Assembly (NCBI GenBank): GCA_040399745.1
Contig: JBBARP010000001.1
Span: 1-64,000, forward strand
DNA length: 64,000 nt
DNA from: Bdellovibrionia bacterium
GTDB lineage: Bacteria > Bdellovibrionota > UBA1018
Direction: 5' to 3'
The notes beneath the pieces are model-generated. The model was not told the DNA's origin and did no database searches. It saw only the letters and a program-made list of their open reading frames with translations. Positions 20,047 through 30,344 of this stretch are shown here, piece by piece. Made by a program: the position numbers and the translations under genes. The first letter of the stretch is position 1. Each line of letters begins with the position of its first letter.

Positions 20047-21444
20047 ATGGCACGAACCATTCTGGTCATTGATGATGAACCTTCGATCCGTCAGGCGCTC
20101 TCCGGTGTGCTGACCGACGAGGGGCACCGCGTGCGCTGCGCGGGCTCGGGCCTAGAGGGCATCGAGGCGCTTCGTACCGAGCGCCCGGATGCCGTTTTCC
20201 TCGATATTTGGATGCCCGGTCAGGACGGCTTAGAGACGCTTCGGCAGATCAAAACCGAATGGCCCGACATGGCTGTCATTATGATGTCAGGTCACGGGAC
20301 CATCGAAACCGCCGTTAAGGCCGTGAAATTCGGAGCTTTTGATTTCGTCGAAAAGCCTCTTTCGCTCGAGCGCGTGTTGGTTCTTCTTCAGAACGCGCTG
20401 ATCGCCCAAGATTTGTCGCGCGAAAACTCGGCTCTTCGCAAGCAGGTGCAAAAGCACAAGCTTCTGGTGGGACAGAGCGCACCCATGCGCCAAATCCAAG
20501 ACTTGATTCGGCGAGTGGCCCCGACGACCGGCTCGGTTCTGATCACGGGCGAAAACGGAACCGGCAAAGAGCTGGTCGCCAATTCCATTCACGCCCTGTC
20601 GCCCAGGTTCAATAAGCCTTTCATCGAAGTGAACTGCGCTGCGATCCCTGAAGAACTCATTGAGAGCGAGCTTTTTGGCCACGAGCGCGGGGCTTTTACG
20701 GGCGCCACGAGCCTTCGCCGCGGTAAGTTCGATCTGGCCAACGGCGGAACGCTTTTATTGGACGAAATCGGCGATATGTCGCTTAAAACCCAGGCAAAAG
20801 TGCTGCGCATTCTGCAAGAGCAGAAGTTTGAACGGGTGGGGGGAACGCAGACCCTTTCGGTCGATGTTCGCATCGTGGCGGCGACCAATAAGGATTTGAA
20901 AGCGGAGATCGCTAAAGGCGCATTCCGGGAGGATTTATTCTACCGTTTGAATGTCATTCCCTTCGTGGTTCCGCCTCTTCGGGACCGTAAAGAGGACATT
21001 CCGGCGCTGACCGACCACTTCCTACGCGAATTTTCGCAGGCTCACGGAAAAGTCATGAGGCCTTTGACGCCCGAAGCGCGCGCGGTTTTAGACGCCTATC
21101 CTTGGCCTGGAAACGTTCGGGAGCTCAGAAACCTGATCGAACGCTTAGTGATTTTGGATGGCGAAGCCGATACCGAGCGTCCGCTCACGGCAGCCGATCT
21201 TTTGGCGCATTTGGGCGAGGTTCCCGTCGCCCAGGCTCAATCCTTTGACCGAGTCGACCCGGCTTGGGTGGGACGAAGCCTTCGAGATGCGCGCTCGGAC
21301 TTTGAGCGTGAGTTCATTCTGAAGACCCTACGCGAGCATGATTGGAACATCTCGAAAACCGCCTCAGTCTTGGGTGTCGAGCGAAGCCATTTGCACCGGA
21401 AAATCAGAACCATGGGCATCGAGGCACCTGAAGGGCGCGATTGA
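20047..21444 (+). CDS. NtrX-like sigma54-dependent response regulator (REC-AAA+-HTH)
   Basis: REC domain LDIWMP, GENGTGKE, ESELFGHERGAFTGA, WPGNVREL and a Fis-type HTH. Confidence 0.93.
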   Translation: MARTILVIDDEPSIRQALSGVLTDEGHRVRCAGSGLEGIEALRTERPDAVFLDIWMPGQDGLETLRQIKTEWPDMAVIMMSGHGTIETAVKAVKFGAFDFVEKPLSLERVLVLLQNALIAQDLSRENSALRKQVQKHKLLVGQSAPMRQIQDLIRRVAPTTGSVLITGENGTGKELVANSIHALSPRFNKPFIEVNCAAIPEELIESELFGHERGAFTGATSLRRGKFDLANGGTLLLDEIGDMSLKTQAKVLRILQEQKFERVGGTQTLSVDVRIVAATNKDLKAEIAKGAFREDLFYRLNVIPFVVPPLRDRKEDIPALTDHFLREFSQAHGKVMRPLTPEARAVLDAYPWPGNVRELRNLIERLVILDGEADTERPLTAADLLAHLGEVPVAQAQSFDRVDPAWVGRSLRDARSDFEREFILKTLREHDWNISKTASVLGVERSHLHRKIRTMGIEAPEGRD

Positions 21445-21469
21445 TAACTTCTCCGGGGTGGAATAGGTT
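21441..21469 (+). promoter_or_regulatory. sigma70 promoter, probably giving a leaderless proS mRNA
   Basis: TTGATA-N17-TAGGTT ends 6 nt before the ATG, and there is no SD sequence. Confidence 0.55.
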
Positions 21470-21475
21470 CCGCCC

Positions 21476-22948
21476 ATGGCCGAGAAAATTACTCCCCGTT
21501 CCCAGGATTTTTCAGAGTGGTACCAGGACATCGTCCTTCAGGCGAAACTCGCCGATTACAGTCCCGTCAAAGGCTGTATGGTCATTCGGCCCAATGGCTA
21601 CTCGATTTGGGAGCGGATCCAGCGCGAGCTCGATGGTCGCATTAAGAAAACGGGCGTCAGAAACGCTTATTTTCCGCTGTTTATCCCTGAAAGTTTCCTG
21701 AAAAAGGAAGCCGAGCACGTCGAAGGATTTGCTCCTCAGTGCGCCGTGGTCACCTACGCAGGCGCTAAGGATTTGGAAGAAAAATTGGTGGTTCGCCCCA
21801 CTTCCGAAACCATCATCAACTCGATGTTTGCCAAGTGGATTCAGAGCTACCGAGATTTGCCGCTCTTGATCAACCAGTGGGCCAACGTGGTTCGCTGGGA
21901 AATGCGCACCCGCTTGTTCCTGCGCACGACCGAGTTTCTTTGGCAGGAAGGTCACACTTGCCACGCCACCGCCGAAGAAGCCGAAGCTGAAGCACGTCTG
22001 ATGCTGCAAGTTTATACGGAATTCGCTGAAAACGTGTTGGCGATGCCGGTCGTTCCGGGACGTAAATCCGATAGCGAGCGCTTTGCCGGTGCACTTCGGA
22101 CCTATTCCATCGAAGCGATGATGCAGGACACGAAGGCCCTTCAGGCCGGCACCTCGCATAATCTTTCGACCAACTTCGCCCAGGCTTTCGACACTCAGTT
22201 CCTGGATAAGGACTCGAAAAAGAAGTTCGTGCATCAGACCAGCTGGGGTGTTTCTACGCGCCTGATCGGCGGCATGATCATGACCCATTCCGACGACAAA
22301 GGCCTGGTTTTGCCGCCGCGTTTGGCTCAAACTCACGTCGCAATTGTGCCGATTTTGGCCAAAGCCGAGCACAAAGCGAAGGTTCTGGAAGTGTCGGATC
22401 GCTTGGCTGCAGCGATTCAGGAAAACGCGGCTGTTCGCTCCTTGGGCTACGACGTCGGCGTGATCGTGGACCGCGACGAACAAAAGCAAGCGGGCTGGAA
22501 GTTCCACGAGTACGAGCTCCTCGGCATGCCGGTTCGCATCGAAGTGGGTCCGCGCGACTTGGAGAAAAACCAGGTGGTGCTGACTCGTCGGGACGAGGGC
22601 GTGAAGCATTTTGTCGCTTTGGATGACGTGCCTGCGATGATCGGCCAAATCTTGGCGGACATGCAGAAGCAGCTCCTCGAGAAAGCGCGCGCATTCCGGG
22701 ATGCCAATACGCATCGCGTGGAGACCTTCGAGCAGCTGAAGAAGGGTCTGGACGAAAAAGGCGGCTTCTACGTCGGTCCTTGGTGCCAGAGCCGCGAGAG
22801 CGAAGAAAAGCTGAAGGAAGAGACCAAAGCCACCATTCGCTGCTTGCCGATGGACGCCGAGTTCAACCTGATCTCTGAAGAAGGGGCATGCGTGATCACG
22901 GGTCAAAAAGGGAACAACGTGCGCGCAATCTTTGCACGGGCTTATTGA
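21476..22948 (+). CDS. proS: Prolyl-tRNA synthetase (archaeal/eukaryotic-like type)
   Basis: [43 protein letters not shown] and C-terminal FARAY. 490 aa. Confidence 0.96.
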   Translation: MAEKITPRSQDFSEWYQDIVLQAKLADYSPVKGCMVIRPNGYSIWERIQRELDGRIKKTGVRNAYFPLFIPESFLKKEAEHVEGFAPQCAVVTYAGAKDLEEKLVVRPTSETIINSMFAKWIQSYRDLPLLINQWANVVRWEMRTRLFLRTTEFLWQEGHTCHATAEEAEAEARLMLQVYTEFAENVLAMPVVPGRKSDSERFAGALRTYSIEAMMQDTKALQAGTSHNLSTNFAQAFDTQFLDKDSKKKFVHQTSWGVSTRLIGGMIMTHSDDKGLVLPPRLAQTHVAIVPILAKAEHKAKVLEVSDRLAAAIQENAAVRSLGYDVGVIVDRDEQKQAGWKFHEYELLGMPVRIEVGPRDLEKNQVVLTRRDEGVKHFVALDDVPAMIGQILADMQKQLLEKARAFRDANTHRVETFEQLKKGLDEKGGFYVGPWCQSRESEEKLKEETKATIRCLPMDAEFNLISEEGACVITGQKGNNVRAIFARAY

Positions 22949-22949
22949 G

Positions 22950-23672
22950 ATGAACTCCGGCTCGACCGACCTGATTGTGGCTTTGGATTACCCTCGTGCT
23001 GAACCAGCCGAAGCGCTGATTCGTGAACTCGAGGGTCAGCCGGTCATTTACAAGGTCGGTTCCGAGCTTTTTATGGCCGAGGGACCGGCTTGGGTTCGTG
23101 AGTTGGTGCATCGCAAGTGCCGGATTTTCTTGGATCTTAAATTCCACGACATCCCCAATACGGTGGCTAAAGCAGCCAAGCAGGCGGCACTTCTTCATGT
23201 GGAGATGTTTACTCTGCATTTGGCCGGTGGCAGTCAGATGGTCCGCGCAGTCGCGCAGGAATTGTCCGACATCCCTTCGCTTCGACCGAAGGTCTTGGGC
23301 GTGAGTGTTCTGACCTCGTTTGATGATGTGCGCTGGGCCGAAGTGACGCGTGCTCTGACAGGCCACGCAGTGGCTCCAGTCGAGTCGGTCGAGGGCCTCG
23401 TGGCTCACGCGACCGCTTGGGGGGTGGATGGCATTGTTTGCAGCGCGCATGAACTGCCCGCTGTGACGGCTACGGCTCCTGGCCTTTACAAAGTGGTGCC
23501 GGGAATTCGGCTCGCCGGCGGAGACGCTCAGGACCAAGCTCGGGTGATGACGCCCGCTCAGGCTCGCCAGGCGGGCGCCAACGCGATTGTGGTGGGCAGA
23601 CCCATTACTCAGGCCCGCGATCCACGCGCTGCCGTAAAGAGCATCCTGGACGAGCTTGCTCAGACAGCCTGA
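22950..23672 (+). CDS. pyrF: Orotidine-5'-phosphate decarboxylase
   Basis: IVALD, DLKFHDIPNTV, PGIR and VVGRPIT. Confidence 0.95.
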   Translation: MNSGSTDLIVALDYPRAEPAEALIRELEGQPVIYKVGSELFMAEGPAWVRELVHRKCRIFLDLKFHDIPNTVAKAAKQAALLHVEMFTLHLAGGSQMVRAVAQELSDIPSLRPKVLGVSVLTSFDDVRWAEVTRALTGHAVAPVESVEGLVAHATAWGVDGIVCSAHELPAVTATAPGLYKVVPGIRLAGGDAQDQARVMTPAQARQAGANAIVVGRPITQARDPRAAVKSILDELAQTA

Positions 23673-23693
23673 GCGGCGTAAAGGCTTCCCTGC

Positions 23694-24485
23694 ATGTCGC
23701 AATCTGCAGGTGGTTCTTTAGCTCTTCGCAATCCTCACAGTGTTTTGGCCGCGCTTCAAACGCGCCCGGACGACGTCCTACGCGTCGCCCTGCCTCCGTC
23801 GGGTGGCCAGAGAGGCGCTACCGAAGCGGCTGGCGACGCCTGGGACCAGGTGGCCAAGCTGGCCCGCCAGTATAAAATTCAAATTCAGAATGCCTCTCCG
23901 GCCGCTGCTGCGGGCGATTCCCGCGGGCGCGACAAAGACCGCGAAGGCGGCCGCGTGAGCGGGGCGCACGCGATGGTGCGCGAGCGCACAGGAGTCAGCG
24001 CGGAAAAGCTTTTCGACGACGCTCGCGAGCGTTCGGGCGGGAAGGGGTTGTGGCTGGCGCTGGATAGCCTCCAAGACCCGCAAAACGTCGGCGCGATTTT
24101 CAGAACAGCGGCATTTTTCGGGGTTCAGGGCATTCTTCTCACCACCGAGCGCTCTGCGCCGCTTTCTGCGGCCGCTTACGACGTCGCTTCGGGCGGTATG
24201 GAATACGTGCCGTTTACTCAGCAGGTGAATTTGCAGCGCGGCTTTGAAGCCGCAAAAGAAGCGGGCCTCTGGATTTTGGGCACTTCCGAGCACGCACGCG
24301 AAACTTTGGGTGGGGTTCAAAAAGACCGCCCCTGGCTCGTGGTTTTGGGCAACGAAGAGCGCGGAATTCGTCGATTGACCGAAGAGTCGTGCGACGTCAT
24401 GTGCCGGATCGATCCCAAAGGCGAGGGTGTAAAATCACTGAACGTCTCGGTTGCCGCTGGGATCTTGATGGGCCAGCTGGGCTGA
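23694..24485 (+). CDS. rlmB: TrmH/SpoU-family rRNA methyltransferase (RlmB-like)
   Basis: LQDPQNVGAIFRTA, GNEERG and SLNVSVAAG. It precedes the tRNA-tuf cluster. Confidence 0.8.
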   Translation: MSQSAGGSLALRNPHSVLAALQTRPDDVLRVALPPSGGQRGATEAAGDAWDQVAKLARQYKIQIQNASPAAAAGDSRGRDKDREGGRVSGAHAMVRERTGVSAEKLFDDARERSGGKGLWLALDSLQDPQNVGAIFRTAAFFGVQGILLTTERSAPLSAAAYDVASGGMEYVPFTQQVNLQRGFEAAKEAGLWILGTSEHARETLGGVQKDRPWLVVLGNEERGIRRLTEESCDVMCRIDPKGEGVKSLNVSVAAGILMGQLG

Positions 24486-24607
24486 GGCTTTCAGAGCCTC
24501 GGTCGGGGTGGATTTGCGTTTGACATTTCCGCCAAACGATGGAAATTAGCCCCCACATTGGTTTTTACCGAGTGGAGTGGTTTATCTTCTCCCGCCGAAA
24601 ATTTCGG

Positions 24608-24683
24608 GCTGGAGTAGCTCAGTTGGTAGAGCAACGGTTTTGTAAACCGTAGGTCGTGGGTTCGAGTCCCGTCTCCAGCTCCA
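24608..24683 (+). tRNA. tRNA-Thr(UGU)
   Basis: Cloverleaf with anticodon arm ACGGT-TT-TGT-AA-ACCGT, GGTTCGA and encoded CCA. Confidence 0.96.
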
Positions 24684-24729
24684 TTTCGGTATGAATCAAT
24701 GGATCGTTTCGTGTTTTCAGTTCAGATCC

Positions 24730-24815
24730 GGAGAGATACCCAAGCGGCCAAAGGGACCAGACTGTAAATCTGGCGGCGTACGCCTTCGAAGGTTCGAATC
24801 CTTCTCTCTCCACCA
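24730..24815 (+). tRNA. tRNA-Tyr(GUA)
   Basis: CCAGA-CT-GTA-AA-TCTGG, long variable arm and CCA. Confidence 0.96.
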
Positions 24816-24882
24816 TCCGAATCGAAAATCCGAGTGATCAGTCCGTAAAAGTTGAATTGACTTAGGGTCTCTAGTTTTTTGG

Positions 24883-24959
24883 GCGGGAGTAGCTCAGTTG
24901 GCTAGAGCATCAGCCTTCCAAGCTGAGGGTCGAGGGTTCGAGCCCCTTCTCCCGCTCCA
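24883..24959 (+). tRNA. tRNA-Gly(UCC)
   Basis: TCAGC-CT-TCC-AA-GCTGA and CCA. Confidence 0.96.
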
Positions 24960-25099
24960 AAAAAATGAGAACCCTTTGCTAATTCAACAAAAACATGGGA
25001 AGAGCGGCGCTAGTTCCACCAAGAATCGCTGTCTCAGACCCATGTTCAGGGTGTGCCGAAACCTCGGAAAATCCTGAAAAATCAGTATCTTCTTGGAAC

Positions 25100-25174
<75 letters not shown>

Positions 25175-25241
25175 GAAATTTTGAACCCGGTTGTAGGTGC
25201 CGGAACCCCACCTACCCAAACATCGGAGGCCTAGAAGCTGT

Positions 25242-26432
25242 ATGTCGAAAGAGAAATTTGATCGGAGTAAGCCGCACGTCAACATCGGCACCATTGGTCA
25301 CGTTGACCATGGTAAAACCTCGTTGACCGCTGCCATCACCACCATCCTGGCAAAGTCCGGTCTGGCTCAGGCTCGCGCCTATGACCAGATTGACAATGCT
25401 CCGGAAGAGAAGGCCCGCGGCATCACGATCAACACCACCCACGTTGAATATCAAACCAAGAACCGTCACTACGCTCACGTGGACTGCCCAGGCCACGCTG
25501 ACTACGTGAAGAACATGATCACCGGCGCCGCTCAAATGGACGGCGCGATCTTGGTGGTTTCGGCCGCTGACGGCCCGATGCCCCAGACCCGTGAACACAT
25601 CCTCCTGGCTCGCCAGGTCGGTGTTCCGGCTGTCGTGGTCTTCATGAACAAGTGCGACATGGTTGACGATGCCGAATTGCTCGACCTCGTCGAAATGGAA
25701 GTTCGCGAACTCCTCTCCAGCTACAAGTTCCCCGGCGACAGCATTCCGGTCGTTCGCGGTTCGGCAGTGAAAGCCCTTGAAGGCGATCAAAGCCCAATCG
25801 GTGAGCCCGCAATTCTCCAGCTCATGGAAGCTTGCGACACCTACATCCCGCAACCCAAGCGTGAGAAGGACAAGCCCTTCCTCATGCCGGTCGAAGACGT
25901 GTTTTCGATCTCGGGTCGTGGCACCGTGGTTACCGGCCGCGTCGAACGTGGCGTGATCAAAGTCGGCGAAGAAATCGAAATCATCGGTCTCCGCCCGACT
26001 ATTAAGACCACCGTCACCGGCGTGGAAATGTTCCGCAAACTTCTCGATCAAGGTGAGGCTGGTGACAACATCGGCGCTCTGCTTCGCGGCACCAAGAAAG
26101 AAGAAGTGGAACGCGGACAAGTGCTGGCTCACGTGGGCAGCATCTCCCCGCACAAGAAGTTCAAGGGCTCGGCCTACATCCTCACCAAAGAGGAAGGCGG
26201 CCGCCACACCCCGTTCTTCAAGGGCTACCGCCCTCAGTTCTACTTCCGCACGACCGACGTCACCGGCGTCGTCACCCTTCCGGCTAACGTCGAGATGGTG
26301 ATGCCTGGCGACAACGTTCAGATTGAAGTTGAATTGATCACCCCGATCGCCATGGAAAAAGAACTGCGCTTCGCTATTCGCGAAGGCGGTCGTACCGTGG
26401 GCGCCGGTGTGGTTGCCGAGATCGTCGAGTAA
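25242..26432 (+). CDS. tuf: Elongation factor Tu
   Basis: [38 protein letters not shown] and [13 protein letters not shown]. Confidence 0.99.
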   Translation: MSKEKFDRSKPHVNIGTIGHVDHGKTSLTAAITTILAKSGLAQARAYDQIDNAPEEKARGITINTTHVEYQTKNRHYAHVDCPGHADYVKNMITGAAQMDGAILVVSAADGPMPQTREHILLARQVGVPAVVVFMNKCDMVDDAELLDLVEMEVRELLSSYKFPGDSIPVVRGSAVKALEGDQSPIGEPAILQLMEACDTYIPQPKREKDKPFLMPVEDVFSISGRGTVVTGRVERGVIKVGEEIEIIGLRPTIKTTVTGVEMFRKLLDQGEAGDNIGALLRGTKKEEVERGQVLAHVGSISPHKKFKGSAYILTKEEGGRHTPFFKGYRPQFYFRTTDVTGVVTLPANVEMVMPGDNVQIEVELITPIAMEKELRFAIREGGRTVGAGVVAEIVE

Positions 26433-26470
26433 TCAAAGCCGGATCCGCAAGGATCCTCGCTAGGTTCCGG

Positions 26471-26500
26471 GGGTCGGGCCGGGAATGGCCGGTCCGACCC
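26471..26500 (+). terminator. GC-rich hairpin after tuf (terminator or processing stem)
   Basis: GGGTCGGGCCGG-N6-CCGGTCCGACCC followed by a weak T-rich tract. Confidence 0.4.
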
Positions 26501-26539
26501 TCGTTTGGTTCCTTTTCCCATTCATGCTAAGGAAGTTTT

Positions 26540-26689
26540 ATGCGCGTCATCGTCAGCCTGGACTGCACCGAGTGCAAGCGGAAGAACTACTCGACGACCA
26601 AGAACAAGCAGAAGACGACGGACAAGCTGGAGTTTAAAAAATTCTGCCGCGCTTGCCGCAAGCACACTGCGCATCGCGAAGGCAAATAA
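26540..26689 (+). CDS. rpmG: 50S ribosomal protein L33 (zinc-ribbon type)
   Basis: Hand translation [49 protein letters not shown]; missing from the ORF track. Confidence 0.96.
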   Translation: MRVIVSLDCTECKRKNYSTTKNKQKTTDKLEFKKFCRACRKHTAHREGK

Positions 26690-26706
26690 GTTTCGAATTC
26701 CCACGT

Positions 26707-26782
26707 AGGCCAGTAGCTCTAACGGTAGAGCGGCGGATTCCAAATCCGTAGGTTGTGGGTTCGAATCCCTCCTGGCCTGCCA
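26707..26782 (+). tRNA. tRNA-Trp(CCA)
   Basis: GCGGA-TT-CCA-AA-TCCGT and CCA, in the canonical rpmG-trpT-secE position. Confidence 0.96.
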
Positions 26783-26818
26783 CTTTTAACCTCGTCATCT
26801 CAAGATCGAGTGAACGAT

Positions 26819-27193
26819 ATGGAAAACCAGCATCAAAAATGGGTCAACCTCAGCTACCTCGGGGTAGCTGCGTTGCTGGGCTATATTGTGTTCTCCGGAT
26901 CACAGCAGCTGGTCGCAGTTTACGACCTAGAAGCGCGGGTTCGGCAGATCGACTGGATCGTTCGGATTGGGTCAATCCTGTCCGGAGGACTTCTTTTTGC
27001 GATTTTGGTTCGCAATGAGAAGGCAAATGAGTTTATGAACGAGGTGGTCCTGGAGCTGCTTCGGGTCACTTGGCCAACTCAGAAGGAAACTTCGCACGCT
27101 ACGTTTCTCACCATTGTCATGGTGCTCGTAGCCGGGTTGATTCTGGGTTTCCTGGATTATTTCTGGACCAAGCTCATCCAGTGGATCGTTTGA
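26819..27193 (+). CDS. secE: Preprotein translocase subunit SecE
   Basis: EVVLELLRVTWPT motif, three TM segments and position before nusG. Confidence 0.93.
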   Translation: MENQHQKWVNLSYLGVAALLGYIVFSGSQQLVAVYDLEARVRQIDWIVRIGSILSGGLLFAILVRNEKANEFMNEVVLELLRVTWPTQKETSHATFLTIVMVLVAGLILGFLDYFWTKLIQWIV

Positions 27194-27204
27194 CGGAGGG
27201 AGAA

Positions 27205-27789
27205 ATGGTGACCGAAAATCGTCCTCAAGACGGAATTACCGGTTCAGCGCCAGAGGCGGCTGCTCAGGCTTGGTACATCGTTCACACCTATTCGGGTTAC
27301 GAGAACAAGGCGAAGTTGGCTTTGGAAGAACGCATTCGCTCGTTGAAGAAGGAACCCTTCTTTGGGGAAGTGATCGTTCCTGAAGAGAACGTGGTCGAGC
27401 TGGTCAAAGGCCAGAAGAAGACCACCAAGCGCCGTTTTTTCCCGGGATACATCCTGGTAAAGATGGTGCTGAACGACGAAACTTGGCACATCGTCAAGAA
27501 CACCCCGAAAGTCACGGGCTTCGTCGGTGATAAGATTCGCCCGATTCCGGTTCCGGAGTCGGAGGTCCTGAAAATGACCAACCGCATCGCCGAGGGCCAG
27601 GTTAAGCCGCGCCCAAGGATCTCGTTTGCGGAAGGCGAAAACGTTCGCGTGGTGGACGGTCCTTTCTCCAACTTCAGTGGTGTAGTTGAGGACGTGAACC
27701 CCGATAAAGGCAAGGTGAAGGTGCTTGTGAGCATCTTCGGCCGCTCCACTCCGGTGGAGTTGGACTTCATTCAGGTTGAAAAGATTTAA
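27205..27789 (+). CDS. nusG: Transcription termination/antitermination factor NusG
   Basis: WYIVHTYSGYE, FFPGYILV, KOW domain and SIFGRSTPVEL. Confidence 0.98.
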   Translation: MVTENRPQDGITGSAPEAAAQAWYIVHTYSGYENKAKLALEERIRSLKKEPFFGEVIVPEENVVELVKGQKKTTKRRFFPGYILVKMVLNDETWHIVKNTPKVTGFVGDKIRPIPVPESEVLKMTNRIAEGQVKPRPRISFAEGENVRVVDGPFSNFSGVVEDVNPDKGKVKVLVSIFGRSTPVELDFIQVEKI

Positions 27790-27814
27790 CGGCTCGTGTT
27801 AGAGGGGCCCTCTT

Positions 27815-28240
27815 ATGGCAAAGAAGGTAGTTGGTCAGATCAAGCTTCAGATTCCCGGTGGTCAAGCGAACCCCGCTCCCCCCGTGGGTCCGGCGCTCGG
27901 TCAACGTGGCGTCAACATCATGGAATTCTGCAAGGCGTACAACGCCAAGACCCAGGACCAAAAGGGGATGATCATTCCGGTCATCATCACGGTCTATTCG
28001 GACCGGTCTTTCACCTTCATCACGAAGACCCCGCCGGCTTCGATCTTGCTGTTCAAAGCAGCTAAAATCGAAAAAGGCAGCGGTACCCCGAATAAAACTA
28101 AAGCAGGCAAAGTCACTCAAAAGCAGGTCGAGGAAATCGCCAAGCTGAAGATGCCTGACTTGAATGCCGGCAGCGTGGAAGCTGCAATGCGCACCGTAGC
28201 CGGTACGGCACGTAGCGCTGGCGTGACCGTCGAAGGATAA
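27815..28240 (+). CDS. rplK: 50S ribosomal protein L11
   Basis: [23 protein letters not shown]. Confidence 0.99.
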   Translation: MAKKVVGQIKLQIPGGQANPAPPVGPALGQRGVNIMEFCKAYNAKTQDQKGMIIPVIITVYSDRSFTFITKTPPASILLFKAAKIEKGSGTPNKTKAGKVTQKQVEEIAKLKMPDLNAGSVEAAMRTVAGTARSAGVTVEG

Positions 28241-28257
28241 TTTTTTAACGCAGTAGA

Positions 28258-28291
28258 GTGGGAGCTCGCTTCGTGCGAGCGCTTGAACCAC
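28258..28291 (+). promoter_or_regulatory. L1-binding mRNA operator before rplA
   Basis: GTGG-GAG-CTCGC-loop-GCGAG-CG-CTTGAA-CCAC has the same internal-loop architecture as the E. coli rplK leader and sits next to the GGAGG RBS. Confidence 0.65.
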
Positions 28292-28300
28292 GGAGGATCC

Positions 28301-29038
28301 ATGGCAGAAAAGAAGAAGCCGATGGGCAACCACGGCAAGAAATACGCAAACTCGGTAGCCAAAGTGGAAACCGGAAAACTGTACCCGGTGAAGGATGGTT
28401 TTGATCTCCTTCTCGAGGTGGCCTACGCCAAGTTCGACGAGTCCGTCGATGTGGCTTACAATCTGGGCGTTGACCCCAAGCATTCGGACCAAATGGTTCG
28501 CGGTGCTTTGGTGCTTCCGCACGGCATTGGCAAGACCGTTCGCGTATGCGTGATGGCAAAAGGCGAAAAAGCGAAGGAAGCGGAAGCTGCCGGAGCTGAT
28601 TTTGTCGGCACCGACGACCTGATCGAGAAGATTCAGGGCGGCTGGTTGGAATTCGACAAACTCGTCGCAACCCCGGACATGATGGTCGCCCTCTCGAAAG
28701 TGGCGAAAATCCTTGGCCCCCGTGGTTTGATGCCGAACCCGAAGCTCGGCACCGTCACTGTGGACGTGTCCCGCGCCGTGAAAGAACAGAAACTCGGCAA
28801 GATCGAATACCGCGTTGAGAAGACCGGCATCGTACATTGCTTAATTGGCAAGAAGTCTTTCGGAGCACAGAAACTGCGCGAAAACTTCGCCGTGTTGACT
28901 GGCGCTATCCAGAAGGCCAAACCGCCCACTTCAAAGGGCGTTTACCTGCGGAACGTCTCCGTGTCGACCACCATGGGCCCCGGCATCACGCTGGATCCGC
29001 TCGATGTGGCTGCCGGCGGCGCAGCCTGGAACACCTGA
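28301..29038 (+). CDS. rplA: 50S ribosomal protein L1
   Basis: KFDESVD, DQMVRG and [16 protein letters not shown]. Confidence 0.99.
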   Translation: MAEKKKPMGNHGKKYANSVAKVETGKLYPVKDGFDLLLEVAYAKFDESVDVAYNLGVDPKHSDQMVRGALVLPHGIGKTVRVCVMAKGEKAKEAEAAGADFVGTDDLIEKIQGGWLEFDKLVATPDMMVALSKVAKILGPRGLMPNPKLGTVTVDVSRAVKEQKLGKIEYRVEKTGIVHCLIGKKSFGAQKLRENFAVLTGAIQKAKPPTSKGVYLRNVSVSTTMGPGITLDPLDVAAGGAAWNT

Positions 29039-29059
29039 TCCGGAAGTTGAGGACGAAAA

Positions 29060-29599
29060 ATGAATCGCAATGAAAAAGCCTCTTTGGCTCAGACTCTAAA
29101 AGAGAAATTCCTCAAGGCCAACGTCGCCATTTTTGCCGACTACAAAGGCTTGACCGCAACTCAAGCCGATGATCTGCGCAAGCTGCTCCGCGGCCAAAAC
29201 ACCGAAGTAAAAGTGTTGAAGAACAATCTGGGGCGTTTGATCGCTCAAGATGGTTCGATGGGCGCAGGCGCTAAAGATGTGATGGACGGCCTCGTCGGTC
29301 CCTCTTTGGTTGCTTTCTCCTACGGCGATCCGGCAGCGACCGCAAAGGTCATCGCCAAGTTCGCTAAAGACAACGAAGCTTTGAAGATCAAAGACAGCAT
29401 TTTGGGTAAGGCCCGCATTGACGCCGCAGGCGTTCAAGAGCTGGCTAGCTTGCCTTCGAAAGAAGTCTTGATCGCCAAGTTGCTCGGCACGATGAACGCG
29501 CCGATCACGAATTTCGTGGGTGTCCTTGCTGCAGTGCCGCGTAGTCTGGTCACGGTTCTGTCTGCAATTGAAAAGAAGAAAGGCGAATCCCAGGGTTGA
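29060..29599 (+). CDS. rplJ: 50S ribosomal protein L10
   Basis: DYKGLT...LRK, VLKNNL and LASLPSKEVLIAKLLG; synteny. Confidence 0.97.
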   Translation: MNRNEKASLAQTLKEKFLKANVAIFADYKGLTATQADDLRKLLRGQNTEVKVLKNNLGRLIAQDGSMGAGAKDVMDGLVGPSLVAFSYGDPAATAKVIAKFAKDNEALKIKDSILGKARIDAAGVQELASLPSKEVLIAKLLGTMNAPITNFVGVLAAVPRSLVTVLSAIEKKKGESQG

Positions 29600-29722
29600 T
29601 GTCCCGGGGTTTCGACAGTTTCGTCTGAGCTCCAGGATGGAGTTTCAGAAAACAGGTCCTGTGACTCAACCAGAGCAAAGGACCAAAGCTAGTAAGGCGC
29701 ACAGGGTTAACTGAGGTAAGAT

Positions 29723-30103
29723 ATGGCTACCGTTACTAAGGAAGATGTTGTTTCCTTCATTGAAAATATGTCCGTTCTCGAGCTCTCGCAGCTCGTGAAG
29801 GATCTCGAAACGAAATTCGGCGTTTCGGCTGCTGCCCCCATGGCAGTGGCTGTTGCTGGTGCTGGCGCAGCCGCCCCGGCAGCTGAAGTGAAGACCGAGT
29901 TCAACGTTGTTCTGACCGCCGCAGGCGACAAGAAAATCAACGTGATCAAAGTCGTTCGCGAACTCACCGGCCTCGGCTTGAAAGAAGCCAAGGACTTGGT
30001 CGAAGGCGCTCCGAAGTCCGTGAAAGAAGGCATCGCTAAAGCTGACGCTGAAGAGATGAAGAAGAAGCTCGAAGCTGAAGGCGCCAAGGTCGAGCTGAAG
30101 TAA
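29723..30103 (+). CDS. rplL: 50S ribosomal protein L7/L12
   Basis: [27 protein letters not shown]. Confidence 0.99.
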   Translation: MATVTKEDVVSFIENMSVLELSQLVKDLETKFGVSAAAPMAVAVAGAGAAAPAAEVKTEFNVVLTAAGDKKINVIKVVRELTGLGLKEAKDLVEGAPKSVKEGIAKADAEEMKKKLEAEGAKVELK

Positions 30104-30147
30104 TCTTCAGCTGCCTGGTTTCCTGATCTTTCTGGTTGAGTCCAAGC

Positions 30148-30218
30148 TGCCCCTGAATCCGTCCCCAAAAATGTGGGAGTGGGTTTAGGGGCAAGCTCGG
30201 GTTCAGCTTGCGTTTTTA
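30148..30218 (+). terminator. rplL-rpoB attenuator-like hairpin
   Basis: TGCCCCTGAATCC...GGGTTTAGGGGCA stem with a T-tract shortly after. Confidence 0.45.
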
Positions 30219-30344
30219 TATCTGTGGGCTAAGGTCCGGCTACCTTCCTCCTCCCCGGTACTTAGGTAGGTCCGGTCCACGTCGTTTTCCACCCAGGATC
30301 TGTGGTGTGCGCACGCCACACGTCCGAGTTTCTAAGGAGTCAGC

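Noticed and set aside
24960..25099. Structured 140-nt spacer between tRNA-Gly and tRNA-Thr (AACATGG...CCATGTT stem and a second hairpin), considered as a degenerate tRNA or sRNA
   Set aside because: It has no T-loop, D-loop or CCA features and is most simply a precursor-processing spacer.
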